Assembly: GCA_016928995.1 (NCBI GenBank)
Contig: JAFGJS010000030.1
Location: 37,776 to 101,775 of the forward strand
Direction of reading: 5' to 3'
Length of the DNA: 64,000 nucleotides
Source: Candidatus Sumerlaeota bacterium
GTDB taxonomy: Bacteria; Sumerlaeota; Sumerlaeia; JAFGJS01
The translations under genes were made by a program, and so were the position numbers. A model generated the notes under the pieces. That model was not told the origin of the DNA. It searched no databases and saw only the letters and a list, made by a program, of their open reading frames with translations. This document shows, in pieces, positions 16,858 to 24,551 of the stretch. The number at the start of each line of letters is the position of its first letter. Within the stretch, counting starts at the first letter, position 1.

Positions 16858-17984
16858 CAGCCGTCAGCTCGCATATTAAACAATGTTTGAATTTCATCAG
16901 GAGTCAACGCCCGGTCGTATACTCGGAAATCATCCACAGCCCCTTGATAAGGCCCCCAGCCGTTGTGCCGCATGCCCAGCCGCATGGATTCCGTGGGATT
17001 TGAAAAGTCTCCGTCATTGTCTGGATTCGTGTTGGCGTACCTTTTGATTCCGTCATACCAATGTTCGATCGTCGTTCCTTGCCGCATAATCGTATAATGG
17101 TGAAAGCTGCCATCCAGCGTGCCGGGCATAATTAAAAACCGGTTGACGGTTCCGTTGTAAAGTTGCATGACCGTCCGTCCGCCATTGCTGGGTTCATATT
17201 TTATTTCGATGGTGTGTTTCGAGAGCGCATACACAACATCGCTGACCGCAGTGGGATTCTGAATCCATACGGCAATCGTGAAATCATGGCCTTCGGCAAA
17301 AAGATCGATGGCAAAATCAGCCCCGAAATCAATCCGGTCATCCACGCCGTCAAACTGCAAGGCCGAAGCGATGACGCCGGAAACGCTGTGCGCAGCGGTG
17401 TTCGGATTGCCTCCTGGATCGATAAAAGTCTGATGCCGCAGGGCTGGCGAGGCGTCATGCACTGTTGAATCAGCGGCATTGTCATCCATTGGCAAATGAA
17501 TATACAATCCTGGGAATTCCCCGGTCAACTCAATGTTGCGGATAAAAATGCCGTCCATGAGCGCGGGATTATTGTCATATTGACAAAAACGGATTCGGAA
17601 TGCCGAGCTGTAAGACAGCCCCCATTGCGCAATGGCGGCATCCAAATCGAGTTCGTAGCTTGTAAAGCGATCCGAGCGCAGATGCCGCAAGTCCTGCACC
17701 TCATACCAGTCCACGCCATCGGCGCTGATTGCCACGCCATCGAAATTGGCGTCGCCGGCAAATGGGTTCGGCGGCGGCGCATGGGGTTCATCGCCATATT
17801 CCTTCGCCTCAAATGTCAATCGCAGTTGTTCATAGGCGGTCAAGTCATACGTCAAGGTCACGGCATTGCGGGCATATTCGAAGTCCTGCACTGGATCGGA
17901 CATATCAATCGACAATCCCGACGGCGCATGGGAAAGATCGATTCCCGGACCGGATGTTTCGATATGGATCGGTTGGATGTTCAT
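16857..17984 (-). CDS. LamG/concanavalin-A-like jelly-roll domain protein, no signal peptide
   Basis: C-terminal half has the LamG-like pattern (FDGVDDRIDFG..., FTIAVWIQ..., GAVDDFRVYDRALTPDEI). Its stop overlaps the Wzy start (shared base 16857), so it is translationally coupled into the glycan operon. Confidence 0.55.
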   Translation of the reverse strand: MNIQPIHIETSGPGIDLSHAPSGLSIDMSDPVQDFEYARNAVTLTYDLTAYEQLRLTFEAKEYGDEPHAPPPNPFAGDANFDGVAISADGVDWYEVQDLRHLRSDRFTSYELDLDAAIAQWGLSYSSAFRIRFCQYDNNPALMDGIFIRNIELTGEFPGLYIHLPMDDNAADSTVHDASPALRHQTFIDPGGNPNTAAHSVSGVIASALQFDGVDDRIDFGADFAIDLFAEGHDFTIAVWIQNPTAVSDVVYALSKHTIEIKYEPSNGGRTVMQLYNGTVNRFLIMPGTLDGSFHHYTIMRQGTTIEHWYDGIKRYANTNPDNDGDFSNPTESMRLGMRHNGWGPYQGAVDDFRVYDRALTPDEIQTLFNMRADG

Positions 17985-18007
17985 TTTTTTTGTTCCTTAA
18001 GTAAAAG

Positions 18008-18109
18008 AGGCATTAAGGCAACGAGGCATCGAGGCATCAAGGCAATAAGGCACTGAGTCTTCCCGAACTGCCTTCAGTTTTGCCTCGATGCCTCGTTGCC
18101 TTAATGCCT
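18008..18109 (-). repeat. perfect 29-bp inverted repeat (hairpin with ~44-nt loop) immediately after the stop of the four-helix-bundle gene
   Basis: aggcattaaggcaacgaggcatcgaggca (18008-18036) is the exact reverse complement of tgcctcgatgcctcgttgccttaatgcct (18081-18109). Both arms are built from ~8-bp AGGCANNN units. Confidence 0.8.
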
Positions 18110-18483
18110 TACCACTTTTTCCCATTTCTTACCTTCCTGGCTAACGACGCCAGCATCCGTTCAATTTCAGCGAGATCGGCATCCAGTTTTTCAAAGTTGC
18201 CACTTTCAAGAAAATGCAGATTGCGGCATATTTCCAATTGCGTCTGCAACTCATAAACGGAACCAATGGCAATCTGGAGAAAGCGGATATAATCGTTGGT
18301 GGAACGGCGGCCATAACCTTCCGCGATATTGCTGGGAATCGACACTGCGCATCGTCGCATTTGTGAGACCAATCCGAATTTTTCATCGGATGGGAATGCG
18401 CCTGTTTCCATATAAATCCCAGTGACCAACTCCATAGCCTTCTGCCAGACGATCAAATCCTTGAACGACCGAATCTCCGCCAT
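18109..18483 (-). CDS. four-helix-bundle protein of the 23S rRNA intervening-sequence (IVS) protein family
   Basis: 124 aa. Hallmark IVS-protein motifs are present (DLIVWQKAMELV near the N-terminus, SIPSNIAEGYGRRSTNDYIRFLQIAIGSVYELQTQL in the core). Confidence 0.85.
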   Translation of the reverse strand: MAEIRSFKDLIVWQKAMELVTGIYMETGAFPSDEKFGLVSQMRRCAVSIPSNIAEGYGRRSTNDYIRFLQIAIGSVYELQTQLEICRNLHFLESGNFEKLDADLAEIERMLASLARKVRNGKKW

Positions 18484-18514
18484 CTTTTCCCAGCCTCCGA
18501 TTTTGATGGTTACT

Positions 18515-18572
18515 CGTTGCCCTGATGCCTCGATCCCTCACTGCCTTGATGCCTAAATGCCTTGTTGCCTTT
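18515..18572. repeat. array of ~7 tandem 8-bp units TGCCYNNA upstream of the four-helix-bundle gene (reverse orientation of the AGGCANNN units downstream)
   Basis: tgccctgatgcctcgatccctcactgccttgatgcctaaatgccttgttgcc. Confidence 0.6.
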
Positions 18573-18573
18573 T

Positions 18574-19182
18574 CTACAAAACCGCCGCCACTGTATTACT
18601 CGGCGTCCCTTCTCCCGCCTTGTTTTGAGCGATGATGCGATACTCCCAGTCCTTGCCGCGCTCCTGATTATTCAAGGTGGCTTCCGTTTCGATGGCCATA
18701 TTCACAAGCGTCCAATCGCCCGATGGCCGCTCCCGCCGTTCAATTTTATAAGCCGCCACGGCGCCGCCATCCAGCGGCTTTTTCCAATCCAGAAAGATCC
18801 AGCCTTCGCCCTGACGCGGCGCTTCCAGCGCGCGCGGCTGCCCGGGCGCCTGTAAATCCGTCGGCGCGGCCTTGCCGCCCCAGCCCAATGCGCTCAGTTT
18901 CGCATCGTCACGATTCACCGCGTCTTCCGCATAACGCAGGACCGCTTTCATCGCGGTCGCAAGCTCATGTATTGCAGCACTCTTCACTGCCGTGGCTTGC
19001 TCCGCCGCCGCTTGCGCCGCAACCTGTTCATCGCTGAGTGTGATCAGAGAAGCGAGCAGCGCCTGCAAATCCGTCGAGGAGACCGGCGGCGCGGGAAAAT
19101 CCGCCGCACTTTCGGTCAAGCCTGTCACGATGTTCTGGGCCAGCGCCCGGATTTCCGCTTCCCGATCGGGAAATTGTGCCAT
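18574..19182 (-). CDS. fibronectin type III domain protein, no signal peptide
   Basis: C-terminal ~90 aa is FN3-like (GWIFLDWKKPLDGGAVAAYKIERRE...W, EYRIIAQNKAGEGTPSNTV). The Ala/Gln-rich N-terminal half is of unknown function. Confidence 0.55.
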   Translation of the reverse strand: MAQFPDREAEIRALAQNIVTGLTESAADFPAPPVSSTDLQALLASLITLSDEQVAAQAAAEQATAVKSAAIHELATAMKAVLRYAEDAVNRDDAKLSALGWGGKAAPTDLQAPGQPRALEAPRQGEGWIFLDWKKPLDGGAVAAYKIERRERPSGDWTLVNMAIETEATLNNQERGKDWEYRIIAQNKAGEGTPSNTVAAVL

Positions 19183-19402
19183 GATACAATCCTCCTGTGG
19201 TTAGGTTTGGCATTTGAAGTTTATCTTGCCGCGAGAGGACTTTACCAAACAAAACACGGGCTTCAACCTTTTTTGTCCTATCTCCAGCAATTATAATTAA
19301 TGAACGGCGCCGCTCATATTGCCGCTATTGATTTGTGTTTTATAAACTACTTAATTTCAAGCATATATGATTGATTGGAGATTGTTGGCATCATAAATCA
19401 TA

Positions 19403-19654
19403 CTGAAAATGTCACGTTTTCAACTGGAAATGCCACATTCCCGGTTGGAAATGTCACATTCCGAACTGGAAATGCCACATTTTCAATTGGGAATGCCATA
19501 TTTCCAACAGGAAATGCCATGTTTTTGATTAGGAATGCCGCGTTTTCAACTGGAAATGCCATATTCCGAACAGGGAATGCCGCATTTCAAACGGGAGTTG
19601 CTATGTTTCTGATAGGAGATGCTGTATTCTTAACTGAAAATGCCGGATTTCCAG
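19403..19654. repeat. 12 tandem copies of a 21-bp imperfect palindromic unit (consensus YTGGAAATGCCACATTYCNRA), exact 21-bp periodicity
   Basis: Manual alignment of 12 consecutive 21-mers from 19403. The TGGAAATG / CATTTCC arms are conserved and the central 5 bp vary. The region is AT-rich relative to the flanks. It is intergenic between the FN3 gene start and the downstream GT4 gene end. Confidence 0.85.
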
Positions 19655-19755
19655 TTCGCGGCGCTTGATTTCAGAAACCGAGTTCGACAATCCTCTCGCA
19701 CAGTGAGGATAGAATGAGAGTTAAAGAAAAATTGTGAAATAATCTTATACAGTTT

Positions 19756-20904
19756 TCAATTTTCGAAACGGGAATAGATTTCTTCCAATCGCCGGCCTTG
19801 TTGCGCGGCTTCATAGTTTTTTTCAATGTGCTTGCGGGCCTGCTCGCCGAATTTCAAGCGTGTCTCCGGCTCTAGCGCAAGGCGGCAGATGAACTCTGTC
19901 AACGCATCGCTGTTGCGCTCCGGCGCCAGCAATCCGGTTTTGTCGTGCAGCACCACTTCGGGGATGTCGGCATGCGTGGTGGAGACCACTGGCAGCCCCG
20001 AAGCGCCGGCCTCGATGATCGCCACTGGCGCGCCGCCCTCCGTGTCGCCATTGGCGGCCGTCACGCTTGGTGAAAGAAATAGATCCGCCTGGTGCAGCGC
20101 ATCGAGAAAAAAATCATGCGGCTGATAACCCGTCCATGTGATCTCCTGCTCGATGCCAAGCTCGCCGGCCAGCGCATGCAAAGGCTCTTTCAGCACGCCG
20201 TCGCCGATTACAGTCGTTGCGATGCGCAGCTTTGGCAGTCTTTCGCGAGTCTGCGACAAAGCGCGCAAGGCATATTCGATTCCTTTTTTCTCCTTGAATG
20301 TTCCGGCGATCAACACGCGCAACATGCCCGGCTTCGGTTCGCGCGGCGCGTAAGCGATGCGATCCAGTTCCGTCCCCAAATGATGCACGACGATTTTATC
20401 TTCCGGGCATCCCAAGCCGGTGAGGATCGCCTTCATGTTCGTTCCCTCGACGATGAACAGATCGCCCTCCTCGAACAAGCGCGCATACCTTCTGCGCCAT
20501 AAGGGAATTCGAGGCAAGATGCCCACGTCGTATCCATAAAATCGTGTGACGAGCGGCAGATGATGTTTGCGCTTTAAGCCCAACGCGAAGAATCCATCCC
20601 AGCCGAAATGTGCATGCAGGAATATCGGCGGCAACTCGCGCATCGCCGCGGAATAACAACGAAAATCCACTGGCGGCTGGAAGCCCAGGCGCCGCACCAG
20701 TCGCTCATAATATGATGTCGGCTTACCGGCGCTTTGGGGATTTCGAGAAACAAAAATGCGATCAAGCGGATAGGCATCGAGATTTTTCGTCCGCTGCGTC
20801 ATGATATATGGTTCATAGCGCTTGACGTATTTGAGTTGAGTGTAAAGCCAATTCAGCGTATGGCCCAGATATTCCGGGATCATGTGTGCAATGTATTTAG
20901 GCAT
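19756..20904 (-). CDS. glycosyltransferase family 4
   Basis: LSPSVTAANGDTEGGAPVAIIEAGASGLPVVSTTHADIPEVV motif. Confidence 0.8.
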   Translation of the reverse strand: MPKYIAHMIPEYLGHTLNWLYTQLKYVKRYEPYIMTQRTKNLDAYPLDRIFVSRNPQSAGKPTSYYERLVRRLGFQPPVDFRCYSAAMRELPPIFLHAHFGWDGFFALGLKRKHHLPLVTRFYGYDVGILPRIPLWRRRYARLFEEGDLFIVEGTNMKAILTGLGCPEDKIVVHHLGTELDRIAYAPREPKPGMLRVLIAGTFKEKKGIEYALRALSQTRERLPKLRIATTVIGDGVLKEPLHALAGELGIEQEITWTGYQPHDFFLDALHQADLFLSPSVTAANGDTEGGAPVAIIEAGASGLPVVSTTHADIPEVVLHDKTGLLAPERNSDALTEFICRLALEPETRLKFGEQARKHIEKNYEAAQQGRRLEEIYSRFEN

Positions 20905-20907
20905 GCT

Positions 20908-21645
20908 TTATTCTTTCTTTTTCCGCGCGACGACCATATACATCCATGTCCATTGCTCAGTCCTGTCGATTTTATCAAGGACATACGCTGTCGCCTGGAT
21001 CATCAGCGAAAGAATGGAAATGATCCGGATCCAATGCAAAAATCCGCGATTCAGGCGATTGATGTTGTAGGCAAACAGCTGTCCGAACGTGACCCAGAAG
21101 CCGGAAAGCGGCTTGATTTCGATGATTTCGAAACCAGCTTTTTCGAAAAGATATTTTAATCCATACTTTGAATAGCGGTAAAAATCCCTTGGCTCTTCAT
21201 GCAGATGCCAGATGAAAGGAACGGAGTATATTGCGATGCCGCTTGGCTTGAGCACACGCCAGCATTCACGCAAAGCCTGCTCAGGCTCTTCGAGATGTTC
21301 CAGCACAGCGGTGCAAAGCGCGGAGTCGAACTCACCGTCATGAGCAGGAATGTCATAAGCCGTGCCGAAGCGATCGATATTTGATTTGTTATGAAGGGTC
21401 GCCTCATGATCAATGCCAACATGCTGAGTGATAAAGGGTGAGAGCATCTTTTCGAATGGCTTTATTCCGCAACCGATATCAACCAAAGATCCGCTAAAAT
21501 ATTTTTGGCTCATGCATTGCAGTTCTTTTTGCAGAATTCCTTGGACGAGCAGATTTAATGAGGAAGCGTTGACTATTCCCAACATTGGATCGTATACCTC
21601 GTCATTGTTTATCAAAATGAGTTTTAACATTTTTTCGGAGTACAT
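20908..21645 (-). CDS. class I SAM-dependent methyltransferase
   Basis: LVDIGCGIKPF (SAM motif I) and downstream acidic motif II. The ORF overlaps the upstream acetyltransferase gene by 44 bp; the start may be the internal Met at 21585. Confidence 0.7.
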   Translation of the reverse strand: MYSEKMLKLILINNDEVYDPMLGIVNASSLNLLVQGILQKELQCMSQKYFSGSLVDIGCGIKPFEKMLSPFITQHVGIDHEATLHNKSNIDRFGTAYDIPAHDGEFDSALCTAVLEHLEEPEQALRECWRVLKPSGIAIYSVPFIWHLHEEPRDFYRYSKYGLKYLFEKAGFEIIEIKPLSGFWVTFGQLFAYNINRLNRGFLHWIRIISILSLMIQATAYVLDKIDRTEQWTWMYMVVARKKKE

Positions 21646-22174
21646 TTGCTGGCGTTCCGCCGACTAAAACGTTTTCAGGAACGTCTTTTGTGACAACTGC
21701 TCCTGCGGCAATGACAGCGCCATTTCCGATGGCGACTCCGGGGCTAATGACAGCATTCGCAAAGATCGTCACATCATCACCGATTCGAACGGGAGCGAAG
21801 ATGTGCCGGTCAAAGCGTTCTGTGTAATCGGTGCGGCTGGCGAATATTCCAACTCCGGGGCCGCAGTCAAAGTTGCGCCCAATTTCGATTCCGCCAGGAC
21901 CGCACGCGTAAATCACGCAATTGGGCGAGATGACGCCATTATCGCCGATTGCGAGGCTGCCCGAATGATCACACCACTCCATGCCGCCAAGGTGCAGAAC
22001 AGAGCCAAATTGGATGATGACATGATCTCCCAGCATGAGGTTGTCAAGATCTCCCTTAATATCGACATTGTCCTCAATGCAACACGATGGAAATTTCTTT
22101 TGGATATGCAATCGAATCATTTGTCTTCGAAGGTCTTGCCGGAACTGTCTGATCATGCAGCGGATGATATTCAT
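21602..22174 (-). CDS. sugar O/N-acetyltransferase with left-handed beta-helix hexapeptide repeats (WbbJ/WbpD/NeuD-like)
   Basis: Hexapeptide-repeat tracts (GDNGVISPNCVIY, IEIGRNFDCGPGVGIF, IGDDVTIFANAVI, IGNGAVIAAGAVV). Start taken at MNIIRC (22174), abutting the stop of the FemAB-like gene. The ORF itself extends to 22300. Confidence 0.75.
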   Translation of the reverse strand: MNIIRCMIRQFRQDLRRQMIRLHIQKKFPSCCIEDNVDIKGDLDNLMLGDHVIIQFGSVLHLGGMEWCDHSGSLAIGDNGVISPNCVIYACGPGGIEIGRNFDCGPGVGIFASRTDYTERFDRHIFAPVRIGDDVTIFANAVISPGVAIGNGAVIAAGAVVTKDVPENVLVGGTPANVLRKNVKTHFDKQ

Positions 22175-23187
22175 GATTTGTGTTCCTTGTGTGATTTCTG
22201 CGAGAGGACTTTTTTCGCTCTCCTTAATGCTCCCTTCATTTTGCCTTGCGCTGTCACATAGCCCTTTGCGATAGGCGGCATCATCGTAACCACTGGGCAA
22301 GACAGTTGTTGCGCGCCAAAACTTTCCTTGAACTTCACAACCCCTTCATGGCCTCCGCTAGGATTGAAATCAAACCATTTGTATCCTGCCTGTTTGTAAT
22401 ATTGAATGAGATTAAAATATAGAAACTCGTAGGGCTTCATCGTTAATGCATCGGTGTCCGCTATGGCCAGCCATGACACGACATGGCGTCCCATTTTCAA
22501 AAAAGGCCCTGCGCAGACTAATTGATCCGATGGCGTGAATACGCCCCAAAAATCGCATCCTTCCGATAGACAGACATCGCGAAGAAAATTCAGGTTATAT
22601 AAACTACTCGCCCTATCCCATCGATTGATACAACTTTTATAGATATTATAGTAATCTTCTATAGATTCACGTCCGATTTTGCGTAATTGCAACTGGTTCC
22701 TATCCGCGATGCGCACCTTGCGAGGAATCTGCTTTCGATTCATGCCGGAAATCAATTGTTCCAAGGGTTGTTCCAAATCAAGCGCCTGAGTGAAATCGTT
22801 TCTGATCGATCCTGCGCACTCTTTGAGAAGCGGGTGGAAAGGATTATCGCGCACGTAATAACAGCGTAAAGAGGCAATGAACTCAAGCATAGCCGCTCGG
22901 TCCTGTTCGGAAATCGCTCCTTCGACCAGATAACCGCCATACGTGCCTAATGGCGATGAGATATAATGACGCCATAACCCTCCGGCGATGCCTGCTGAGG
23001 CCAGGGGCAGCAGCACACGCCGTTTTTCGTCGAGGAGAATCAGTTTCGGCGTCAATCGAAGTTTTCGCGCATGGGCGACCATTTCATACCAAGTGCGAGA
23101 ATGAAAATAGGTGGCGTGGCAATTGCGGCTGACAAAATCATCCCATTCATCGTTGGTCGCTGGACGAATCTGTTGGATCACTTGCAT
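22171..23187 (-). CDS. FemAB-family (GNAT-fold) aminoacyl/peptidyl transferase-like protein
   Basis: N-terminal E.W..F pattern (TNDEWDDFVSRNCHATYFHSRTWYE) and overall length resemble FemX/FemAB and related acyl-CoA N-acyltransferase-fold proteins seen in polysaccharide loci. Start taken at the Met at 23187; the ORF extends to 23253 and would overlap the pyruvyl transferase gene by 40 bp. Confidence 0.5.
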   Translation of the reverse strand: MQVIQQIRPATNDEWDDFVSRNCHATYFHSRTWYEMVAHARKLRLTPKLILLDEKRRVLLPLASAGIAGGLWRHYISSPLGTYGGYLVEGAISEQDRAAMLEFIASLRCYYVRDNPFHPLLKECAGSIRNDFTQALDLEQPLEQLISGMNRKQIPRKVRIADRNQLQLRKIGRESIEDYYNIYKSCINRWDRASSLYNLNFLRDVCLSEGCDFWGVFTPSDQLVCAGPFLKMGRHVVSWLAIADTDALTMKPYEFLYFNLIQYYKQAGYKWFDFNPSGGHEGVVKFKESFGAQQLSCPVVTMMPPIAKGYVTAQGKMKGALRRAKKVLSQKSHKEHKS

Positions 23188-23213
23188 TTCCTCGTGAGTG
23201 TTGTTGCACCGGC

Positions 23214-24551
23214 TTATAATCGACGTTCCCATTCCCGGCGCACTCTTTTCCATAATTCGCGCGATTGCTTCTCAAGCGTTGGGATGCGTTCGCTCAATTG
23301 AGCATGCACGGATTGGCGATTCTTCCATAGTGATTTGATTCGTTCAATCATCATGTCTGTATCCGCAGGATCACAAATATAATCATCTAGTCCGCACATC
23401 ATCGCGAAGCCCTTCAATTTATGCGCTTTGGGTTCCATGCCATAATCGATGATTGCTGTGGGTATGCATTGTGAGATGCCTTGCATCGCGCCATGAATTC
23501 GTCCGCTGATAAGCATCGAGAAGTGACTGATGATGAAATTATTTCCAGACGCGTTATACAAGCCGTTTATGGTGAATACATCATTGGCGATTTCCTGCGG
23601 GATAAGCTCCACAAGCCGTCCGACTAGTTTATGGTCTGGACTTGGGATGAAATTGCAGTCGCTATCGGTCCTATTTTGATGAGACATCACACAAACTCGA
23701 ACTTCTAGTCTTTTCACTAAAGCTTCAACTATACGTATAAAAGGTTCGTATTCCCAATCTTCACGAGGCCATTTATATAATGGAGGTTCTGACATATTGA
23801 TATTACATAAGATCAGTCCGACTAATGGCTTATCATCTGCCGTGATTTTGGGTTCTCGAGTTCGAATTTCATTCACGGACATTGTTTGTAGAGGGCGAAA
23901 GCCGACAGATGGGCATGGAAACCAGACGAATTTCGCACCTGAGAGTCCGATGTGGTTGAGATTGTGATGACTCAACGGTTCGCGCACGGCGACAAGATCG
24001 CATTGTTTCAAAACAAATCGCGCGACAAGCAGGCGAAAGGTAGAGCGAAAGGGACCTGGAGAAGATGCGACGAAGCAGATTTTTTTCTCCATCAATCGTG
24101 CGATCAGGATCGCCATCGACCAAATTAAGAAATGACGAATGCTCTGTGCATTATCACCATACATGTCTCCGCTGAAATCAATCACCAATTCCGCATCAGA
24201 TAGCGCCTTGAGACGAGGACTGCACATTCGCAGCATTTTCAAATCGATTCGAAAAATGCGTTTGGCGATAAACCATGCCAGCGCGCAAAGAAAGTCTATG
24301 CAGCAACGCAGCAGACCTTTATAGCCAAAGGTCCAAAGAGATTTATCACGCAACACATTGATATCCACGTATTGACTGTAGTCGTCGGTCAATTGGAGTG
24401 AAGTCGTGATGGATGAGGTTAGGAATTCCTCCTTCAACGTGCGAAAGAAAGGTTCGACAATGACAAAATTACCGAGATTTTCAAATTCCATCGCGTATGG
24501 ATGCAGGGAGGTCATTCCCGTGACGAAGATTTTTTTTGGATCCTGGGTCAT
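23214..24551 (-). CDS. polysaccharide pyruvyl transferase family protein (WcaK/CsaB-like)
   Basis: 445 aa. N-terminal KIFVTGMTSLHPYAMEFENLGNFVIVEPFF is characteristic of PS_pyruv_trans proteins. 4-bp overlap with the DegT gene. Confidence 0.55.
   Translation of the reverse strand: MTQDPKKIFVTGMTSLHPYAMEFENLGNFVIVEPFFRTLKEEFLTSSITTSLQLTDDYSQYVDINVLRDKSLWTFGYKGLLRCCIDFLCALAWFIAKRIFRIDLKMLRMCSPRLKALSDAELVIDFSGDMYGDNAQSIRHFLIWSMAILIARLMEKKICFVASSPGPFRSTFRLLVARFVLKQCDLVAVREPLSHHNLNHIGLSGAKFVWFPCPSVGFRPLQTMSVNEIRTREPKITADDKPLVGLILCNINMSEPPLYKWPREDWEYEPFIRIVEALVKRLEVRVCVMSHQNRTDSDCNFIPSPDHKLVGRLVELIPQEIANDVFTINGLYNASGNNFIISHFSMLISGRIHGAMQGISQCIPTAIIDYGMEPKAHKLKGFAMMCGLDDYICDPADTDMMIERIKSLWKNRQSVHAQLSERIPTLEKQSRELWKRVRREWERRL

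Noticed and set aside
18008-18109. Calling the 29-bp perfect hairpin a Rho-independent terminator
   Set aside because: The stem is unusually long with a 44-nt loop, and it is not followed by a clear U-tract (CUUUUAC only). An RBS and the lamG start follow within ~25 nt. It is better treated as a structured repeat or processing element until transcript data exist.
19403-19654. Possible CRISPR array
   Set aside because: Units are contiguous 21-mers with no intervening unique spacers. No cas genes are in the window. Repeat length and palindromic structure do not fit CRISPR.
19375-19668. 97-aa ORF encoding a heptad repeat (TGNATFx)n
   Set aside because: It coincides exactly with the 21-bp palindromic DNA array. 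Variation between units is symmetric in the palindrome arms rather than synonymous-biased. There is no RBS, and the region is AT-rich and atypical. It is most likely an artefact of 21 = 7 x 3 periodicity. It is kept only as an alternative hypothesis in the repeat finding.
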